Shown: positions 1-10,961 of the stretch, piece after piece
Layout: each line of letters opens with the position of its first letter
How positions within the stretch are numbered: the stretch's first letter is position 1
Origin: Struthio camelus
Lineage: Eukaryota
Length of the DNA: 64,000 bases
Assembly (NCBI RefSeq): GCF_040807025.1
Contig: NC_090942.1
Span: 204,310,640 to 204,374,639 of the forward strand
Reading direction: 5' to 3'
Translations under genes and position numbers: made by a program
The notes under the pieces: generated by a model
Databases searched by the model: none
Told to the model about the DNA's origin: nothing
What the model saw: only the letters and a program-made list of their open reading frames with translations

Positions 1-669
1 AAAAGAAGTGATGTGAAGGAAGAGTGTAAGGCTATGACTTTTTAGTGTATTACCAGGAGTTATGTTAGTGCAAGCATCTGTAGATGGTCCAGAAGTAATA
101 ACAGTGCTCGGAGGAGAAGCCTTCTCATGTATAGTAATCGCTTTATTCCTGGAGTTGGTGGAATAAAAATAGTGGTGGGCATTGTTTTAAAGCTCTACCT
201 TAGCTGCCTGATCATCAAAAAGCTAAGAAATATTTGTTCCAGACAGTGAAGGAGTAGGAGTATCTAATCAAAGGGAGAGATAAGGAATGTTCTCTCAGTG
301 GCATTACTGTGAATCAGTGTTAAGGCTATATTGTATAAATTGGCAGTATGACTAGGACCTGAGTGAAAGTTTGATGGTTCAGGCAGAAGAAGAATGGGTT
401 GTTGAGAAAAGCAATGAAAGAAGAAACAACTTGCCTATAGTATCTTCTGCATACATGTTGTTCATTATAGCAGGGATTTGATAAACCACTTCTTGGAAGA
501 TAAACAGACAGTGGTATAATGCATTTCTTGGGTTAACTTGCCACTTAATGTCTAAGTATTCATAATTTCTCATCTTTTGTGTAATTAGATCTTAGGTCTT
601 TGAATAGCAATGATGTTACATTTTTATATAAAGTAACTGCATTTAAGACTTGGTTCTAAATTACACCAG

Positions 670-775
670 ACCTATCAAAGCTGGGATTCAGGAGAAGAAA
701 CAGACGTTTGAAGAATTCCTGGAAGAACAGATACAACTAGAAGAACAGCGTCTGAAGCAAAATCGAGAGTTACAG
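670..775 (+). CDS. CENPJ: CENPJ internal coding exon (..[35 protein letters not shown])
   Basis: AG acceptor at 668-669 and CAG|GT donor at 776-777. Phase-0 end matches the phase-0 start of the next exon. The coiled-coil text resembles CENPJ. The 5' boundary is uncertain. Confidence 0.5.
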
Positions 776-1071
776 GTTCTTTTTTTTTTTTTTTTTTAAT
801 TTTATTGCTCTTTATATATTGTGACAAAGTGTTATAGGTATTTTGCAAATGTACAAGGCACGTTCTAGTGTCTAAAAGCTAACATGGAGTGCAATGTTCA
901 AATTTTTCAAAACAACAAACCCTAATTATTTCATTTGTTTCAGAGATCTTTAGAAATCCAGTAGAAACATCTTATATAAATGTGCATATGTGCGGTTATT
1001 TGAAGAAATCTTAATCTGTGTAAGGGGCTTTTAACAGTTTGTCTTTGTTCCTTTTCCTTACCCCCTTACAG

Positions 1072-2683
1072 GAGACAAATAGATCAACCATTCAAAAACC
1101 AGTGATCAAACGACCCTTCCTGAAAAGAGGAGAAGGCTTAACAAGGTTTACTAACGCCAAATCTAAGATAACAAAACTTAGAGAAAGCAACCTAAAACCT
1201 CAACAAAGTGCTTCAGAGGACAGAAATGTTAAAGTAGACCGATCACAAATACAGAAAAAAACTGTGCCTCTTGGTAAAGAACTGGTTTCTGAGAACTCTT
1301 TTGCACTATGTAAAAAATATAACCAGTCTGTTAAAGCAAAGCGTGGTCCTATTCAGAAGACCCTGGTACTCAGGAATCACAATGGAAAAAATATCTTTCC
1401 ATTAGAAACGAGAGTGCAAACAGGAAAGAATCTTCATGGACAGATGAGAGATTCTTTCCCATCAGAAATGAACAAAATAGAAAATAAAGAGAACATCATG
1501 GAATTTGCTCAATCTGTTCACACTGGCAGCAGAATCAGAAACAAATTACCTGACACAGAAAAGTCTCGTGAGCTGACCAGTGCCTTTTCTAATTCTAAAT
1601 GTTCTATAAGACACCCTGTGAAAGAGCCAGAACTGTCTTTTGAAGTTTCATTTCAGAATAAATTGGAAAACTGGGAAAAAGAAAAGGAAAAAGAAAATCT
1701 AGAATTAGATGAGTTCTTGTTTCTAGAACAAGCTGCAGATGAAATATCTTTCTCCAGTAATTCCTCATTTGTGCAAAGGATCTTAGATCAAGATCAGCAG
1801 ACTTTAAAAGGACGTAGAATGTCATCTACCCCTATCAAGGCAAAACAACAGCAAGTAAATGCACTGGCTATTACACTTAAAAATAAGAAAAATAAAAAGG
1901 CAAACTCTGACACACAGGGAAATAAAAATGACAGAGCAGTTATGCATACAGTATCAACTTCAGGAACAGCTCTTAGATTGAAGGATCAGCTCAATAAAGC
2001 AGATGATAGTATAATATTTTCGGCTTCTTCCGTGACAGCAAACCCTGCTTTAAAAAGTACTCAATGGATTGTAAATGAAGATAAGGATGAAGGAAACAGT
2101 GATATTACTACAGATTCTGAGAAAGAATCTGAGACCACATTAAAATGCGAAAGTGAAGATGCTAATACATCCCTTATGAGCCATAGAGAAAGCGATCCGG
2201 AATTTTTTGGTTATGGAGGCTCTGTTACAGACATTAGCAAAGAAAGAAAAAATGGAGATGCTGACCTTGACTTATCAGACAAAGACTGCAGTGTCCTGTC
2301 AAAGCCAAGAAAAGCTTCAGACCATCAGAGAAGTGTGCCTTGTACAAATAGGAGCAGGTTTGAGTTTGATGATGAAAGAACATGGAGTGATCTTGATGAA
2401 AATTATGTTCAGAATGATTTACCTGAAAAACATACAACTGAAATGCACCTACAGACAGACTTTTCCTGTAAAAATATCTTTGTCTCAGATAAAACAATAA
2501 AGAGAAAAGTTGCCTCAAAGAGGGGAGATGAATTGTCTAAACAGCCTACAGTGGATGGCGAATCAAATGGACCTCCTGTATCAAACCTGATGATGAAACT
2601 GTTTCCTTCACTGAAACCAAAACAGAAGACAGGCTGTCATTCAGAACATGAAATCAAATCAAATGTGGAGCAGGAGCCAGGAG
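1072..2683 (+). CDS. CENPJ: CENPJ large central exon (homolog of human exon 7; S/E/K-rich low-complexity region)
   Basis: Part of the 558-aa ORF 1039..2715. Acceptor ttacag|GAG at 1070-1071 and donor GAG|GTGAGA at 2684. It leaves 1 nt that is completed as Gly by the next exon. Confidence 0.85.
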
Positions 2684-4185
2684 GTGAGAAAACAGTGTCT
2701 GGTAGGAAGTATTGAAGACGAGGTGTATTCAGTCTTGCCTTCTACGATTTAAGATATAATTTGACATTACACCAAAGGGTGTAAGTATGCACTTCTGCTG
2801 AAGGGAATGGCCACCTTCTTATCCTTCATCTCCTCTCCCAGTTGCACATCTGCTGTTTCTCCTTGTGTCAAATATAGCAGTTGTGCAGCTTGCAGGATGA
2901 GTAAGATCAGTGAATGCTTATTTATATATAAATAAAATTATTTTCTTTCTGAAGGCTAGCTTTCTCTCAGATCAGCACACTGTACAAACTTAATCTGAAG
3001 CTGCTTGATCACCGGTTCCAAATCAAGGGAAACGACAAAGGGATGCATAAAATGAAGCAGGATCTCCCTTTTCAGTGGCAGAGTGTATTTACACCACATT
3101 AGGGTAATGCCATGCACTGTTAGCTTAGTTTATTCCACTTATAACATAGGAGTAGGTGGCAGCCCTTCCTCTGTTTTCAGCCAACAGCACAATAGAGAAC
3201 GCGCATGGAATATGGGAAACTTAGGTTGGTTTTCCTGCTCTGCCCAAGCCAATTTCAACTTTTTTAACTATAAGGTTATAGTCTGGGGAAGGACTCTCTT
3301 GGAAACCTTCTGTTGAAGCTGTTGCAGCTGTGAGATTGTTAAAAATGTTGTTCAGTGGGAGCATGACAGCATAGCCTAGCGTTGAAATCATTTCTCTGGG
3401 AGGAAGTCCTTCCTCTAGGAGGTGCAGAAATCTTGATTTCAAGCTTTGCTCTAAAGAATGTTAAGGATTTTTTTTTTTTTTATGAAAAGTTCATGAAAAC
3501 TGCTGTTTTATATTCTGCTTATGTGTTGTGGAGAACTGATTTTGTAGGGCTGTCTAAAGATGCCTACTAGATCTTGTTTGCAGGGATAAGAGGGGTAGGT
3601 ATTTACTGAATCTCAGCAGCATTTAAGGGTGGATGTGGCAACTAGCTATGCACACTATCAAGACTTAGGCACTTCTCTCGCATACTCAGCAGCAGACCAT
3701 TAAAACTCTAGGAAAGTTAAGTAGCGACTGAACAGGAAACTGAGGTGGCAGAGTAGCCCACAAATCCTCTGGCTCTGCAATGGCTTTCACCTCAGTGATG
3801 CATGTGAGCTGATTTTTTGGGAATAAAACTTGGTAAAGCTATATGCCTGTAATCTCTCCCGTTTGATTCTTGGTTGTAACTCTGTCCTTATCGTACTTTC
3901 ACTTTAATTTCTCTAGCTTGACATAAAAACCTGCTTCAAATTCCAATTCCTAACGTATATTTAGGTTTAGATAATAAATACATGCTCTCTATTCAAGGTG
4001 CCTAACTTAATAGTGCAGGGTGCTTTAAAAAATTGTCACTTTCTGTGTTATTGTAATATTAGATCTTTTTTGCATATTGCTAGTAAAATCAAATTATACT
4101 ATTTTTGAAGATAATGTGTGATAGTTGTTTACTTGAATCTTTATATGAATACTGCTTCTATAACTTGGATCTTGTCCTTTGCTAG

Positions 4186-4318
4186 GAAACACTGTTCCGT
4201 CCCAGATACTGAGAAAGAGACTCATTGAACTGGAAACTGAAATTGAGAGATTCAGAGCTGAAAACGCAAGTCTAACTAAACTCCGGGAAGAGAGAGAGCA
4301 TGCCTTGGCAAATCTCAG
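4186..4318 (+). CDS. CENPJ: CENPJ exon ([43 protein letters not shown])
   Basis: Acceptor tttgctag|G and donor CAG|GTCATT. Phase is continuous with both flanking exons. Confidence 0.8.
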
Positions 4319-5200
4319 GTCATTTTTAATTGAAAATACTCTTGTGTGTTCACTTAGATAACGTGTTCCAGACTGTCATATTCTGTTCCTACCTAGATAG
4401 TGTTACAGTAACATAGATATCTAATTGGTGTGTTTCAGTAACGGTGGTGACGTAGGTCAAGCAACTGGTGGTTCTCTGTATAGATATTAAACTGTAATTG
4501 TTACTCATACATGAAGTCCTAATCTAGGAATAATATTAAGAACCCCTCTTGGTTTAATGTGATATCCTTCGAGGCTATATGTGACAGTATTTTTCTTCTG
4601 TATATTTTGTTCTAAATGGTAACATAGTCTTACATTGATTTTTGCAGAGCTAATGTTCATGATTGATACTCTTCTTTTAGAGTGGATGTTTGTGTATAAA
4701 AACTGGGCATGTCTTGATTTGAACTGGAGAATTTACAAGTGACAAATAGAACAGAGTAATTATCTCTGGTGACTTACACACAGAACATTTTTTCCTGAAA
4801 ACTAAAGTCACTTTCATTTTGTTTTGGAAATAGCATCATGTTGCTGGCTAATGTTTAATTTGTGACCTGCTGCTGTTAGCAGATTCTTTTTCACAATACT
4901 TTTTTTGGAAAGATGTTCTGTGGTTTTAAGGAACGTTGGCAGATACTAGCTAAAGCTTTGCTAAATTCAGGATGACTTTTGTGAGCAGAAGATAGCAATT
5001 GCCGGACTTCGAGCACTGGCTGTGTCACAGTTCTTACGTCTTAACAAGTAGTATTGTTTATAGTAAAGTCTTCCTGGGGGTAAAAAGATCGTGGTTTTAA
5101 ATCAATTACCACCAAATTCAGTGTCTTTAATTTTCTCACTTCAAACCCAGATTTGAGGTAGATTTGGGCTAAAACAAAAGGAATTGTTTTATAATTACAG

Positions 5201-5366
5201 GAAAGAAATTGCAGACTTTCAGCAGCAGAAAGCCCAAGAACTGGCAGAAATAGAAGAATATAAAAAGAAAGAAATGAAGAAACTGCAAAAAGAACGTAAA
5301 GTTTTTGAAAAATATACTACAGAAGCTAGAGCAATCCCAGATAAAAAAGAACGCGATGAAATTCAG
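5201..5366 (+). CDS. CENPJ: CENPJ exon ([56 protein letters not shown])
   Basis: Acceptor aattacag|G and donor CAG|GTACAA. The reading frame is open and phase-consistent. Confidence 0.8.
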
Positions 5367-6370
5367 GTACAAAAACGTTAATTCGTATTCTTCTAGTCGA
5401 TGTGGGGAAAAACCTAAATTCATTTAAAGGAGGCTGAGAACTAAATTCAAACTTAAAACTTAATTTGGAGGATTGTAAGAATTTTAGTCTTTATAATATC
5501 ATGCCTGAGGGTTTTAAGGCAAAAAAAACCCCCAATGAGCAATTTTTTTTTTCCCTGCTTCCATATTAGGAAGTGCTCATAACTATAGCAGAATGGTCTG
5601 AACTCTGACAGAAAATTACTCTAGTTAATATTAAGTTGCAAGTTTTTACTCATGGTAGTGGATCAAAATACAAAATAAAACTGTATTCAGGTGTGTTTCT
5701 GCAAATGACTTTTCCATAGAAAATAGTTATCTTCTACAATTTTCAGAGTTATGCTTTGTGATTACTTGTCGGTCTTTAAATGTCCGAGATGCAAGAAACC
5801 AGATCTGCTTGCCTCATGATTGTCAGGATGTGTAGTAATTGAGATATACAGTCAAGTCGTATTAAACATCCCATGTGGATTTCCCCTTTCCCCATACAGT
5901 TATTCGTTGAATTTCCTAACTTGCTTCAATCTGTTGAAGTAATGTCACTTGCTAAATGATCGGGCTAGACAGATTCATATGTGTTTTATAGGACTGTGGC
6001 CTCCCTATTCTCCCATGCCAAGATTTTTGAAGGATCTTCTCTAGGTAGCCTTAAAGTTATTTCACAGTTCTGACTCGTGTGTGTATGTGTGCTGGCCAGT
6101 CTCTGAGGTGCAAAGGATGCTGACAGGGGCATAAGGCACTTCGTGTGATTGAAGCTGAGATGATATAAAGTTGTTAGTCTAGAGTAAGTGATACCTCTTT
6201 CAGGGATGAAAACATCTCCTACCCTTCACCTTCTATCATTAAGCAGACCTTACCTGTCTTTTGTCACTGTCTCTTAGACTTCTTCTTTGTGCTTGTAAAT
6301 TATTAAATATTAAAATCCTTTTGTATATTAAAATGCACCTTTTGAAATTTCAAACATGCATTTTTCTAAG

Positions 6371-6608
6371 GCTTTAAAGCAGCAGATTGCAGAGTTACAG
6401 GAAGATATAAAACGAAAAGAGACAAAATGGTTAACTACTCATCGACGCCTTAGAGATCAAATAGAAGCTTTAGTAAATGAGAATTTTGAGCTAAAACAAG
6501 AAATCAAAATTATGGAGAAGTTTCGTCTAGAAGCCTGGAAGAAAGCTGAAGGTGCTGGAAACAAGAGGAAACTTGAAAATTTGGGGATAAAAAGAGCAGA
6601 ATCTGTCG
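6371..6608 (+). CDS. CENPJ: CENPJ exon (ALKQQIAELQEDIKRKETKWLTTHRRLRDQIEALVNENFELKQEIKIMEKFRLEAWKKAE...)
   Basis: Acceptor tttctaag|GCT and donor G|GTAAGT. It closely matches the human CENPJ segment LKQQIAELQED...RLDAWKRAE. Confidence 0.75.
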
Positions 6609-7430
6609 TAAGTTATTAATCTCAGGCGTTTTAAATTGGTCTATGTGAATACTGCGCATTGTGGATTATGCACTTGGAATCTAATAGACACAACCTAGGT
6701 GTTTCCTTTAATTAAATAATCTTGGGGCTCTACTAGTGGTGACACAGACACAGAATTTTGTTTATGTCCAGTTCTGTCCAAACGTAAACGTTCGCTATGT
6801 GCAGCTTCCATTCTCTTTAGGAACTTACCTACTTAAAAATGATGCAATTATATGAGAAAATTAATGAACGGGATCTAACCTGAGAACATTTGCACCCGAA
6901 GTGTGATCCAGGGAAGCCAGCCGGTTCACCACTGCTTAGTTAGCTTTGAAACTAAATGCAACTGGTGTTAACTATTACTCTGGATTACTTGCACCAAATT
7001 AACATTCTGTAGTTGTTGGTATTAAGATAGCAGTCAGCGGAAGACTTCCAAAATATACCTTGGGCTATATTATAGAGCCCATATATAGTCAGCCCTGCTG
7101 CTGACTAAACCTCAAAAGTGTATAGTTCGTGTAGGAAGCTTCCAGTAAATTTCCTATCAGACGGTGTATGTTGGTAAGTTTTATTGCAAGCATGTGAATG
7201 GTTATGAATAAATGTCACATAAACCACCACTAACTCTTAGTAACTTCCTTCTAGTGTCTGCCCAGTAGAGGCCAGAAAAGTCAAACTCCGCCTCCAATTC
7301 TTCCAGCACAAAAGTGCAGCAAGATAAATGACAAAAGTTATTCACAGGCAAAAGGTATAAATGTTTGTTTAATCACAGAGTTCTCTTAACCCTTTTGAAG
7401 AAAGTAATGGGATTTTTGTTTGTGTTAGAG

Positions 7431-7502
7431 TGCATCACCAACTAAAAAGTAGATTGAGAATAGCTGAAATGGACTTGAGCATACGGATAAATGCATTGCA
7501 GG
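7431..7502 (+). CDS. CENPJ: CENPJ short exon (VHHQLKSRLRIAEMDLSIRINALQ)
   Basis: Acceptor tgtgttagag|TG and donor CAG G|GTAAG. This is the only acceptor and frame choice that keeps phase with both neighbouring exons. Confidence 0.6.
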
Positions 7503-8386
7503 GTAAGATTATGGAGAAAGCTGTGGTGATGCCATTGGTGGAATGCAAGTGCTTCTGATCATGTTGGTGGCTTGGGCCATACCAGAAGCTGCGTTCTGTA
7601 ATCTAAAATGGCATTCATCTCTGAAGTTCTCCTAGCAATGGGCGTCAATCAGGTGACTATGTTAATAGCATCAGAACTGCTGCCTCTCTCCAGAGCCTTC
7701 TGTTAACAGCGTCCGTAAGCATACGGACAATGCCATAGCAATGGACAGTACTGCTGTTCTTTGGTTTCTTCTTTTCACAGTTACGAACCAATGCTGTTGG
7801 CAGCTGTACCCCTTCATAATGAATAATCAAATATGGAGAGTACTGGAGGGTACTTCTCTGACACCTCTCCTGTTAGGATGCTAAAGACAAACAACCATTA
7901 TGTTATCTGTTAGAGGAGTGCACTCCAAAATTGAAGCCCTCGCTGGTTTTATTTTGGCAATCTTTCTAGCATGCTTGGAGAGGCATGGGAAAAGTCTGCC
8001 AATCAGTTCCTGTTAAAAGGTTACATTAGACTTGCTTTATTCGTTGCAAGGTATAACTAATAAAAACATTTAGTTATCTAGATTGTTAGAAAAAAACCTT
8101 CTTTGTAAATCTGTCTAAATAAAACAATAGAGAAGGTGCAAGTATTATGGCTCTTGCAATGCTTCTTCAGTTGTAGCTTCTCGCTGATATACAAAGCAGT
8201 AATACACCTGAAGGAGCTGGCTTATGCTGATTCTTTTCATAAATGTACTGCTTTCAATTTCTGCTGCGCATAATAAATGTACGTATCCTGTACAGCATGA
8301 CCTCATGTATATTTATGTTAATTTTTTCACTTCAATTATAGCTTGTTTTACTGTACAAATTAACTTTATTACATATATCTGAGTAG

Positions 8387-8484
8387 GAAAGCTTCCTAGA
8401 ATACCTAAGTCAGCACCTGCTAATGAGAGAAGCAACTCTGAAACAATGATGGCACTAGAAGATTCTTCTAGGACTTTTATGGAA
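8387..8484 (+). CDS. CENPJ: CENPJ exon (GKLPRIPKSAPANERSNSETMMALEDSSRTFME)
   Basis: Donor GAA|GTAAGT and a weak acceptor gagtag|GA. Phase is continuous. LPRIPKSAPANE matches human PPRRSKSAPPRD. Confidence 0.6.
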
Positions 8485-9108
8485 GTAAGTCCTGTATCTT
8501 GATTTGATTCTAAAGGAAAAAAAACCGGTAGTACAGTTTACTTTAATTAGTATCTGGAGAGTGACTTGTGAAACTGTTGACTCATCCTTATGTTCTTTAA
8601 CAGCAATGTCATTATCAAAGCAGGAAATAATTATGCAGTAATCAGTACAGAATGTTTTACTTGTGTCTAGTATTCATAACCTTCTCTGGTTGAGGAAAGA
8701 AAATAAAATGATAAGCCCCCACCCCTTTGAATTTTGAAAAAGGTTTTTACTTCCAAGAGAGGGAAAAAGCTAGATATTTATATGTTCCATGTAGGGGAAA
8801 AAAACAAAACAGAACAGTTTTATGAAACTTCATCAATTGTTTCGTACCTTGATAAGGATGACTGGTTAGCTGGGCACTGTGCTGAAATGCTACAATGAAT
8901 TCCCTTTTAATCCAGAAAAAACTGACCACAGATGACAAATTATAGCTGAGCCCGAGTTTAATCTTATTTACATTATACTATGCATTGCATAAAACCTAAC
9001 TTATGCCTTTCTAGACTTCTTCCCCTCATATTCCTGTCAGCCCAGAAAAAGCCGTATAAAGACAAGGCTTGATTTCAGTTTATGCCTGAATTACTGTTGT
9101 CATTTCAG

Positions 9109-9207
9109 GGCACCTCACCTAACGAAACTCTTGTTTCACTACCATCTGTACCTCCATATACAGGCAGTGAAGAGATGGAGAAAGAAATCGCGTATCCTGA
9201 TGGAAAG
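9109..9207 (+). CDS. CENPJ: CENPJ exon, start of TCP10/G-box domain (GTSPNETLVSLPSVPPYTGSEEMEKEIAYPDGK)
   Basis: Acceptor tcatttcag|GGC and donor AAG|GTAAAG. It carries the YPDGK G-box repeat motif. Confidence 0.8.
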
Positions 9208-9318
9208 GTAAAGTGAGAGCTTCGTACTCTGAAATTCTACATGATAGCTGTTCTGAAAGCTTGATGGGTATGTGAATCTGATGGCTAAGTATTGACTTCT
9301 CTGTAACCTACTCTTTAG

Positions 9319-9459
9319 GTTGAAAGGGTTTTAAAAAATGGTTGTCACCTCATATTTTTCCCCAATGGGACATGGAAAAAAGTGAGTTCTGATGGGAAGA
9401 CCATAACTACAACCTTCTTTAATGGGGATGTGATGCAGGTTATGCCTGATCAAACAGTG
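9319..9459 (+). CDS. CENPJ: CENPJ G-box exon ([47 protein letters not shown])
   Basis: Acceptor ctctttag|GTT and donor GTG|GTATGT. It is nearly identical to human [44 protein letters not shown]. Confidence 0.85.
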
Positions 9460-9502
9460 GTATGTATGCTTATCTATCTTTTGCATTTCCTTTATAAATA
9501 TG

Positions 9503-9558
9503 TATTTGTGTGCGTGCGTGCGTGTGTGTGCGCATGAACACGCGCACACACACACACG
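9503..9558. repeat. (GT/GC)n–(CA/CG)n inverted microsatellite: alternating purine-pyrimidine hairpin and Z-DNA-prone element
   Basis: tgtgtgcgtgcgtgcgtgtgtgtgcgca-tgaa-cacgcgcacacacacacacg. The two arms are reverse complements, giving a stem of about 13-15 bp. Confidence 0.8.
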
Positions 9559-9608
9559 TATATTTAACATTTGTGGCCAGATATATTAACATGAACTATT
9601 TTCTGCAG

Positions 9609-9693
9609 ATCTATTATTATGCCGATGCTAAGACAACGCATACTACATACTCTGATGGCTTAGAGGTCTTGCAATTTTCAAATGGGCAAATAG
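9609..9693 (+). CDS. CENPJ: CENPJ G-box exon ([28 protein letters not shown])
   Basis: Acceptor ttctgcag|ATC and donor ATA G|GTAAAG. Coordinates were verified against the ORF-track frame. Confidence 0.85.
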
Positions 9694-9909
<216 letters not shown>

Positions 9910-10512
9910 TAAGCTTTACCTTAAAAGGTACCCTGGACCGTTGTTTGATGAGAAAGTAGTATTTCATAGCTAACGGATACATTTTATAGTGATATTTCTG
10001 TCTACTTCTCAGACCTTATGTTCAAATGTACTGTACTGTGAACATGTATTTGCTCCTGATATTTTAAGTATTCCTTTTTTGTAGCTTGCAGGAGACACAG
10101 AACAGAGTATCTATGCATGTTTTCTCATGCTTTAATCTGAAAGATTTTCCTGAGTTGTGCGTAATTGCAGAGAACACTTAAGAGTGCCGTTTGGGTGCCT
10201 CAAGCAGGTCTAACCTCCAAACATTGAGTTTTACATTTTCCCTGGGCTGCTACAGCATTAGATTTAGTGCAGAGAAAATGAGGTAGATAGATAGACACCT
10301 GAAATATAGCAAAGTCATGCTAGTTTCTCAGAAACATGCTTTTGTGTACCAACTAGCAGGGATCTTTAACAAAACAAAAATATAATACCTGTGGAAATCC
10401 TGAAGTTCTTCCTTCAGTTAGGCTTGTGTATTTAATGTTTGTCCTGAGAGTCAACTTTAGTTTGTGAATTAAAGTATTTTAAAAAATATTAATAAAAATG
10501 TATTTAATGCAG

Positions 10513-10705
10513 TGATGGAAGCAAAACTATAGAGTTTAATAATGGCCAGCGAGAACTGCACACATCACAGTTCAAGAGACGGGAGTATCCAGATGGCACT
10601 GTGAAGACTGTGTATATGAATGGACACCAGGAAACAAAGTATGTCTCTGGGAGAGTAAGAGTAAAGGACAAGGACGGTAATATTATCATGGACACTAAGC
10701 TGTAG
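10513..10705 (+). CDS. CENPJ: CENPJ terminal coding exon ([63 protein letters not shown])
   Basis: Acceptor aatgcag|TG. In-frame stop TAG at 10703-10705. The C-terminus matches human CENPJ (...GRIRVKDKEGNVLMDTEL). Confidence 0.85.
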
Positions 10706-10740
10706 TTGGTGCAAAAACTACTGGAAGTGTTAGCAGCAAA

Positions 10741-10746
10741 AATAAA
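10741..10746 (+). promoter_or_regulatory. CENPJ: AATAAA hexamer, candidate CENPJ polyadenylation signal (36 nt after the stop)
   Basis: Exact AATAAA motif. A second AATAAA lies at about 10823. Which one is used cannot be told from sequence. Confidence 0.3.
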
Positions 10747-10907
10747 TGTACATTTCTGTAAACAAAAAGAAAACCCCCTTTAAACTGAAAGTTGTGTATA
10801 TGTTGTTTATAATTTTCCTGAAATAAATTTATTTTTCAGTGGATGTTACTCTTTTTTTTTTTTTTTTAATATAAATTCTTCAGTCTTGCCTCCTGTTCTA
10901 CTTTTAG

Positions 10908-10961
10908 GAAGCAGTTTATCACAGAATGGTTGAGGTTGGAAGGGACCACTGGAGATCATTT
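10908..10961 (-). mobile_element. short CR1 LINE 3'-terminal fragment (antisense), followed by a C15 tract
   Basis: tcacagaatggttgaggttggaagggaccactggagatcatt is the reverse complement of the CR1 terminus ...ggtcccttccaacctaaaccattctgtga. Confidence 0.55.

Noticed and set aside
1039-2715. 558-aa ORF that looks like a stand-alone gene starting at 'M'
   Set aside because: The first codon is TTG, not ATG. The ORF is entered through an AG acceptor at 1070-1071 and left through a GTGAGA donor at 2684, and its phase continues into the next exon. It is the large internal CENPJ exon, not an independent CDS. The last 10 codons before the TGA are intronic.
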